Shown here: positions 56,952 to 64,000 of the stretch, one piece after another | Layout: each line of letters starts with the position of its first letter | Numbering within the stretch: the first letter of the stretch is position 1 | Source of the DNA: Dehalococcoidia bacterium | Lineage (GTDB): Bacteria; Chloroflexota; Dehalococcoidia; UBA2979 | Assembly (NCBI GenBank): GCA_020634075.1 | Contig: JACKCJ010000009.1 | Span: 31,997-95,996, forward strand | DNA: 64,000 nt | Reading direction: 5' to 3' | Notes under the pieces: model-generated | Told to the model about the DNA's origin: nothing | Databases searched by the model: none | Seen by the model: the letters and a program-made list of their open reading frames with translations, nothing else | Made by a program: the position numbers and the translations under genes

Positions 56952-57170
56952 TTAGCGCTGTCGCCCCACCGTGAGGTAGGCGATCGGACCGAGGAAGTTC
57001 ACGAACAGCGCCGGCAGCCAGAAGAGCTTGCGCCCCCGGATCTGGTCGGCGGGACGGCGGAACCAGTCACGCAGCGCGAACAGCAGGAGTCCCGCCTGGA
57101 TCAGGCCTCCCAGCCCGATCCCGCGCTTCTGCCCTGACGAGAGGGTGTTCCAGCCACGTCGCTTCATCAC
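56952..57170 (-). CDS. PLD-nuclease-N-terminal-domain (PLDc_N) small membrane protein
   Basis: 72 aa. LIQAGLLLFALRDWFRRP...WLPALFVNFLGPIAYL pattern. Confidence 0.65.
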   Translation of the reverse strand: MMKRRGWNTLSSGQKRGIGLGGLIQAGLLLFALRDWFRRPADQIRGRKLFWLPALFVNFLGPIAYLTVGRQR

Positions 57171-57259
57171 GGTCTCCTCAACACATGAACGCTCGTGCCG
57201 ACACCCCGGTTCCCACTCGTCTCGACTGTACGCGCCCCCGGCGACGCTACGATCCCCCC

Positions 57260-58018
57260 ATGCCTGCCGACGTACCCGAAGAATCCCGGCCCATCGTCCT
57301 GATCACTCGCGCCGAGGAGGTCGTGGGCGAGGACTGGGAGGACTACGCGCGCTGCGTCCAGCGGGCGGGCGGCGAACCGGTGGCCCTCGACTGCGGCACG
57401 TTCACGGGTGTCGACGACCTCCCGCCGCACGACGGCATCCTCGTGACCGCCGGCGTCGACATCGACCCCGCGCGCTACGGACAGCAGCGGACGGACCGTG
57501 TCCCGACGGTCGATCCCGATCGCGACACGGTGGAGGGCATCCTCATCGAGTACGCCCTTGCGTCGGGGCTTCCGCTCTTCTGCATCTGCCGCGGGTTCCA
57601 GCTCCTGAACGTCACGCGCGGCGGGTCGCTCCTCCAGCACCTCGAGGAGCGCGAGCCGCATCGGGCGCGCCGTGGCGCGGACGGGGTCAGCATCGAGTCC
57701 GGCTGGCACGAGGTCACCGTGCGGGGCAACTCCCTGCTCGCCGCCATCACCGGGTCTGACGAGATCCGCGTGAACTCGCGGCATCACCAGGCCGTCCTGG
57801 CGTCGGGCCTCGGGCCGGACGTGCTGGCGACGGGCATCGCCCCCGACGGCGTCATCGAGGCGATCGAGGTGCCCGGACACCCGTGGGCGCTCGGCGTGCA
57901 GTGGCACCCGGAGCGCGTCGAGATGAGCGGTGTCGCCGAGTTCCAGGACGCCTCGACGGCCCTGTTCGAAAGCTTCGTCGCGGCCTGCCGCGAGCACGCG
58001 GAGGCGCTGCATGCCTGA
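57260..58018 (+). CDS. peptidase C26 / class-I glutamine amidotransferase-like gamma-glutamyl hydrolase
   Basis: FCICRGFQLLNV (nucleophile Cys) and VQWHPE (His/Glu). ATG 57260 preferred over track start 57185. Confidence 0.85.
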   Translation: MPADVPEESRPIVLITRAEEVVGEDWEDYARCVQRAGGEPVALDCGTFTGVDDLPPHDGILVTAGVDIDPARYGQQRTDRVPTVDPDRDTVEGILIEYALASGLPLFCICRGFQLLNVTRGGSLLQHLEEREPHRARRGADGVSIESGWHEVTVRGNSLLAAITGSDEIRVNSRHHQAVLASGLGPDVLATGIAPDGVIEAIEVPGHPWALGVQWHPERVEMSGVAEFQDASTALFESFVAACREHAEALHA

Positions 58019-58541
58019 CACCGAGGCCGTCTACCCGACGCCGGAGGACCCCGCCGGGCCATTCCTCTACTTCGCCTACGGCTCCAACCTCGATGAAGCT
58101 CGTGTCCGCATGCACGCCCCCTCGGCGCGCCTTGTCTCGATCGCCCGCCTCGAGGGGTACCGCGTCGCGTACAGCATCGAGTCCAAGCGCTCGTGGCTCG
58201 GCGGTGTCGGGGACGTGGTCGAGGAGCCGGGCTCCGAGGTCTGGGGCGCGCTCTGGCTGATCGACGCCGCGGACTCGCGCGCGCTCGATGAGCAGGAGGG
58301 CGTATTCCGCGATCCACCCGCCTACCGGCGCATGACAGTCACGGTGACGACGCCCGCCGGGGACGCCATTACATGCCGGTCGTACCAGGTCGTCACGCCT
58401 GACCCGGAGGGCTTCCTCCCGTCCCCCGCGTACAAGGACACGATCCTCCGAGGTGCCCGGGCGCTCGGACTACCTGCCGCCTACCTCGCGGGGCTGGAGG
58501 CGACTCCTGACAACAACCGGCAAGGTGGCGCAGCCCACTAG
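58011..58541 (+). CDS. gamma-glutamylcyclotransferase (GGCT/AIG2-like)
   Basis: ATG 58011 overlaps the upstream gene by 8 nt. YFAYGSNL motif and ALDEQEG (catalytic Glu context). Confidence 0.8.
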   Translation: MPDTEAVYPTPEDPAGPFLYFAYGSNLDEARVRMHAPSARLVSIARLEGYRVAYSIESKRSWLGGVGDVVEEPGSEVWGALWLIDAADSRALDEQEGVFRDPPAYRRMTVTVTTPAGDAITCRSYQVVTPDPEGFLPSPAYKDTILRGARALGLPAAYLAGLEATPDNNRQGGAAH

Positions 58542-58622
58542 CGCGGAACCGCGCGACGATGGTCAGCGTCCTACTCACCAGGCGGCCGCCAGGGGAACCG
58601 CCCGCAACGCTGTGAGGTCTTC

Positions 58623-59621
58623 ATGCTTCGACGAATCCTGATGCTCGGCTCGGCCACGGCGCTCCTCGCGCTGGGCGTCGCGTGCACGAGTGAAGACGAC
58701 GCCACGGCGGAACCGAGCGCGTCACCGGAGACGACGCAGTCATCGAACGTCGAGCCCGTCACCGACGCCACGCTCCGCAACGCCACGATCCGGACTGACC
58801 TCCTGCCAGCCGGCGAGGTGACGCTCGAAGACGGCACACACTCCGAGCCGGCGGCCCCCGGCTCCGCGTCGATGGTGGAGTTCAACGTCGACAGCACGGT
58901 GGTCGACGACTTCAACGACGACGGCGTCGACGACGGCGCCATGATCGTGCGCTCCTCGGGCGGCGGCTCCGGCACGTTCTACGACCTGTACGTGTTCCTC
59001 GCCTCCAAGGACGGGCCGGAACTCGTGGCCTCGCAGGGCCTCGGCGACCGCATCCAGGTGCTGGGCATCGAGTCCGGCCCCGGCGGCGTCACCGTGGTCT
59101 ACCTCGGCCGCGACACGGAAGCACCGATGTCCGAGCCGCCCACCATCGAGACGACGGTGACGGTGAGCGTCGACAAGGACGGCTCGGTCAGCGTCGAGGG
59201 CAGCGCGTCGGCCGAGGGCACCGCGGTCGCGACCGCCGTCGCCAGCGAGACCGCAACCGAGACACCGATGGCCGGCGACGCCTGCTCCGACCTCGCCCCC
59301 GAGGCGGCGGATGCCTCGTTCACGTTCGTCACGAACGTCGGCTCGGGTGATGTCCTCGAGAGCGGCGCCACCGTCGAGGGCTGCTCGCGCACATTCGAGT
59401 CGAACGTGCCGTGGCGACTCGAGGACCGTGAGGGCAACGTCATCGCGCAGTCGAACACGATGGGCGGCGGGGTGGATGGGCCGGCGCCGTTCGAGTTCAC
59501 CGTGGACTACTCGGTGAGCGAGGCGCAGATCGGGCACCTGTTCGTCGGCGGCGAAGACCCGTCGGACGGCGCGGGCTTCCCGCCCGTCCTCAACCAGATC
59601 CCCGTGGTGCTCCAGCCCTAG
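58623..59621 (+). CDS. lipoprotein with C-terminal Gmad2 immunoglobulin-like domain
   Basis: LLALGVAC lipobox. C-terminal FESNVPWRLEDREGNVIAQS...GPAPFEFTVDY pattern. Confidence 0.7.
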   Translation: MLRRILMLGSATALLALGVACTSEDDATAEPSASPETTQSSNVEPVTDATLRNATIRTDLLPAGEVTLEDGTHSEPAAPGSASMVEFNVDSTVVDDFNDDGVDDGAMIVRSSGGGSGTFYDLYVFLASKDGPELVASQGLGDRIQVLGIESGPGGVTVVYLGRDTEAPMSEPPTIETTVTVSVDKDGSVSVEGSASAEGTAVATAVASETATETPMAGDACSDLAPEAADASFTFVTNVGSGDVLESGATVEGCSRTFESNVPWRLEDREGNVIAQSNTMGGGVDGPAPFEFTVDYSVSEAQIGHLFVGGEDPSDGAGFPPVLNQIPVVLQP

Positions 59622-59801
59622 CAGCTCCCGAGCTGCGTCGCGCGCAGATAGCTCGAAGGCCGCCCCGCTTCGCCTGAGACGAGCGGGACGGCCCTCGAGT
59701 TGGACAGAGGGAAGAGCCCTCTACCTCGGATGTTATTGGATTCAGCAGCGCCCGAGGTTGCCCAGAACTGACGCTTTCGTCGTTGGACGCGCCCTCGCTG
59801 G

Positions 59802-60758
59802 TCAGGCTCGCGGCACCACCGGGCAGTTCACCACGAGCGGCGTCTGCACCACCTCGAAGCCCCCGTCCGCGACCGCCTGCGCCGAGGTGATCGAGTTCGC
59901 CTCGTACGACTCGTCCACCATCACCAGGCGGACGTGCCAGAAGTCCGAGTAGCCCTCGTCGCCCGGGATCGCGTCGATGATGTTGTGCTGGCCGTCCACG
60001 AAGACCGGGTCGCCGTTCGCGTCCATCCCGGTCGCGAACACCCAGATCGGGATCGCCACCGCCGGGTTCATGCCGAAGTCCGGGTAGTAGACACGTGCGC
60101 CCTTGTACCAGCCCTGCGTGAGCTCCACGCCCGACTCCAGGGTGGAGCCGGCGGGGACGATCGGGCAGTTCACCATGATGCCCGGCTGCATCGTCTCGTA
60201 GCTCATCGCCTGCAGGTCGGCCGCCGACGTGATCGAGTCGGGCTCGTAGTCCTCGGGCACCACCACGAGGTTCACGAGCCACAGGTCCGAGTAGCCATCG
60301 TCGCCGGGAGCGACGTCGACGATGTTGTGCTGGCCCTCGACGAACATCGGGTTGCCGTCGGCGTCCATGCCGTGGATGAACGCCCAGATCGGGGCCGGCA
60401 CGACGGCCGGTGGATTCACCGTCGAGTTCATCCCGAAGTCGTAGTAGGTCACGTCGTCGCCGCGGTGCCAGCCGTGGACGAGCTTGAAGTCCTTCGCCTC
60501 GCCCACGTCGTGGTCGTGGACCTCCATCATGCCGTCGTCCGACATCGCCGTGCCGGTGGGCGTCATCGAGCCCTCCGCCATCGCCTCCTCGGTCGGCGTC
60601 GCGGTCATGGACTCTTCCATCATGGCGTCGTCTTCGCCGTCGTCGTCGCTGGAGCAGCCGAGGATGGCCGCGGCCGCGACCCCCGCCCCGCCGATCGCGA
60701 ACGTGCGCAGCACACTTCGCCGGTCCAGCCGTCGTTCCGTCAGTTCGTCCAGGCGCAT
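59802..60758 (-). CDS. Tat-signal lipoprotein with Met/His-rich linker and an internally duplicated domain of about 115 aa
   Basis: ATG 60758 with GGAGGTG SD; ATG 60779 is an alternative start. DRRSVLRTF...ILGC. Two repeats share GW-x-G..V-YY-DFG-N..P-IW-F..GMDA-G-P-FV-GQHNI-D..PGD-GYSD-W-V-LV-V...Y.SITSA...VNCP-VP. Confidence 0.75.
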   Translation of the reverse strand: MRLDELTERRLDRRSVLRTFAIGGAGVAAAAILGCSSDDDGEDDAMMEESMTATPTEEAMAEGSMTPTGTAMSDDGMMEVHDHDVGEAKDFKLVHGWHRGDDVTYYDFGMNSTVNPPAVVPAPIWAFIHGMDADGNPMFVEGQHNIVDVAPGDDGYSDLWLVNLVVVPEDYEPDSITSAADLQAMSYETMQPGIMVNCPIVPAGSTLESGVELTQGWYKGARVYYPDFGMNPAVAIPIWVFATGMDANGDPVFVDGQHNIIDAIPGDEGYSDFWHVRLVMVDESYEANSITSAQAVADGGFEVVQTPLVVNCPVVPRA

Positions 60759-60981
60759 TCGCGTCACCTCCGTCGTCATCGACCCTCTGAGGCGACGGAA
60801 GCTACGCGCGAGACCTTCCCACCTCGTGACGCTTCTTACGGATGTGACGGGACCGGACCGGGGACGTTCGGCCCTTGTCCGGAATGCCGCGCAAGTCACC
60901 CTTACGGTGACCCGTTCATGTTCCAAAATTTGGGACCTCCGGCCGGCGTCGGGTGAAACCAGGTTCCCCGTGGTCGGCCGA

Positions 60982-62673
60982 ATGGCATCGATCCTTCCCC
61001 TGCGGGAGATTCCGCAGAACGTCGCCTCAGGCATCGTCGTCGGCCTGATTGCCTTCCCACTCTCGATCGCGCTCGCGGTCGCCGCGGGCGTGCCACCCAT
61101 TGCCGGGCTGTACACGGCTGTATTCGCCGGCGGGGTTGCCGCGGTCTTCGGTGGATCGCGATTCAACATCACGGGCCCCACGGCCGCCCTCGTCCCGCTG
61201 CTCCTGCACCTCGCGGTCACCGAGGGCATCGAAGCGCTGGCGTTGGCCGGGATGCTCGCGGGGTTGATCCTCGTTGCGATGGGGCTGCTCCGCTTCGGGC
61301 GCGCCGTGCGCTACATGCCGCAGCTCGTGATCGTGGGGTTCACCGCCGGCATCGCCGCATCGATCGCCGCCGGCCAGCTCAACAACCTGCTCGGCCTCAG
61401 CGGGACCGATCCTCGGCTCGAACACTTCCACGAGCGCATCGCGGACACCGTGCGGCACCTCGGCACCGTCGAGCCGGCATCGCTCGCGATCGGGATCGCA
61501 TCGATCGCGTTCCTCGGCGTCTACCAGGCGCGGCCACGCCGCATCCCGGGCGCGCTCCTCGTGGTCGTCGGGGCGACGGCCGCTGCCCGCCTGCTCGACC
61601 TCGACGCCGTCACGGTCGCCCAGCGTTACGGCGATCTGCCCCGATCCCTGCCGACTCCCACGCTCGCCTTCTTCGACCTCGGGAGGGCGATCGACCTGCT
61701 CCCACAGGCCGCCGCGATCGCTGTCCTCGGCGCTGTGGAGTCGCTGCTCTCCGCAGTGGTTGCGGACGGAATGGCCGGCGACGGACACCGACACGATCCC
61801 GACCGCGAACTCATCGGGCAGGGACTCGCGAACCTGGTCGCGCCGGTCCTTGGCGGCATCCCTGCCACGGCGGCGATCGCCCGCACCGCGGCCGGCATCC
61901 GCAGCGGCGCAACCTCGCGGCTCTCCGGAGTCGTGCACGCGCTCACGGTGCTGGTGCTGGTCCTGGCGCTCGCGCCGCTGGCGGGCGACATCCCCCTCGC
62001 CGCGCTGGCGGGGATCCTCGTGGTCGTCGCGTGGGGGATCGCGGACGTGCCCGAGCTCGCGAAGCTCATCCGCACCGCGCCACGGCTGGAGCTGCTGGTC
62101 CTCGTCGGCACGATCCTCGTCACCGTCGCGTTGGACCTCACGTTCGCGATCGCGCTCGGCGTCGTGACCTCGCTGTTCCTCCTCATGCGCGAACTCGTCC
62201 GCATCCCCGTGGCCGCCGAGATCCTCCCGGACGACCGCGACGCCGAGGGCGTTCCGAGCGACATCGTGGCGCTCGCTCGCCAGCACCCGGAGGCGCTGTT
62301 CTTCAACGCGCAGGGCATCATCTCGTTCCACAGCGCCGCGGCATTCGAGGCGACCCTCCCGAGGCACGACCCGCGGCCGCTCATCCTGCGCATGCGCGAC
62401 ATCCGCCACATCGACTCGTCCGGCCTCATCACCCTGGAGGCAGTGATCGAGCATCGGCACCGCTCGGGCGGCGACACGATCCTCACGGACGTCCGGCCCG
62501 ACGTCGCCTCGGCGCTCAGGCGCTTCGGCATCGCGGACCTCGTCCTCGACCCGGCGCTCGACCAGACGACCGAGGGCGCATTCGGCTCCCTCGAGCGGCC
62601 GCCCACCTCCTCGTCCGCCCGTGCGAGCGAGAGTGTTTCGCTAGGCCCAGAGGCCCGGAAGCCGCTAAACTAG
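60982..62673 (+). CDS. SulP-family anion permease with C-terminal STAS domain
   Basis: ATG 60982. GIVVGLIAFPLSIALAVAAGVPPIAGLYTAVF signature. STAS-like tail (LILRMRDIRHIDSSGL). Track start 60484 is rejected. Confidence 0.92.
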   Translation: MASILPLREIPQNVASGIVVGLIAFPLSIALAVAAGVPPIAGLYTAVFAGGVAAVFGGSRFNITGPTAALVPLLLHLAVTEGIEALALAGMLAGLILVAMGLLRFGRAVRYMPQLVIVGFTAGIAASIAAGQLNNLLGLSGTDPRLEHFHERIADTVRHLGTVEPASLAIGIASIAFLGVYQARPRRIPGALLVVVGATAAARLLDLDAVTVAQRYGDLPRSLPTPTLAFFDLGRAIDLLPQAAAIAVLGAVESLLSAVVADGMAGDGHRHDPDRELIGQGLANLVAPVLGGIPATAAIARTAAGIRSGATSRLSGVVHALTVLVLVLALAPLAGDIPLAALAGILVVVAWGIADVPELAKLIRTAPRLELLVLVGTILVTVALDLTFAIALGVVTSLFLLMRELVRIPVAAEILPDDRDAEGVPSDIVALARQHPEALFFNAQGIISFHSAAAFEATLPRHDPRPLILRMRDIRHIDSSGLITLEAVIEHRHRSGGDTILTDVRPDVASALRRFGIADLVLDPALDQTTEGAFGSLERPPTSSSARASESVSLGPEARKPLN

Positions 62674-62762
62674 GGGCACTCCCCAACCACGGCTGAGCCG
62701 TTTCGCAGACGTGCCCACCGAGGCCGTCATGCGCGAGCTATAGCCGCGAGAAGGTCGGACCC

Positions 62763-64000
<1,238 letters not shown>

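Overview
This is a 64-kb window from a high-GC bacterial chromosome. Hand-counted 60-nt lines give about 70% G+C in core genes. GTG/TTG starts and 1-4 nt start/stop overlaps are frequent. Lineage cannot be resolved without a database search; Actinomycetota-like or Chloroflexota-like are both possible. All calls rest on by-eye motif recognition.

The backbone is housekeeping: groES-groEL; CIRCE-hrcA-grpE-dnaK; dnaJ-prmA, separated from dnaK by a 2.4-kb insert; dnaE; tRNA-Pro(CGG); and a 3'-truncated gyrA (62763-64000). The ORF track misses gyrA because it runs off the window.

Between these lie:
- three MBL-fold hydrolase paralogs
- one OmpR/HK two-component system plus an orphan OmpR regulator
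- an M16 peptidase and an HhH-GPD glycosylase
- a 10-kb block of two convergent MoxR AAA+ modules: MoxR-DUF58-transglutaminase-like, and MoxR-DUF58-BatD/DUF4381-like-BatA-BatB/TPR
- a ClC channel, a SulP permease, and many lipoproteins and membrane proteins of unknown function

No CRISPR array, IS element, integrase, rRNA or obvious defence genes were seen. Most long ORFs opposite known genes are high-GC mirror-frame artefacts.

Best candidates for something undescribed:
1. A tandem triplet of paralogous microproteins, each with one classical-spacing C2H2-type zinc finger (3862-4691).
2. A lower-GC minus-strand cluster (45668-49637): a secreted four-repeat protein, RNase HI, and an S1 protease with a Cys-bearing C-terminal domain.
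3. A transglutaminase-like protein in the MoxR operon with all three catalytic residues substituted.
4. A Tat lipoprotein with an internal domain duplication and a Met/His-rich linker.
5. A 12-TM protein built from six repeats.
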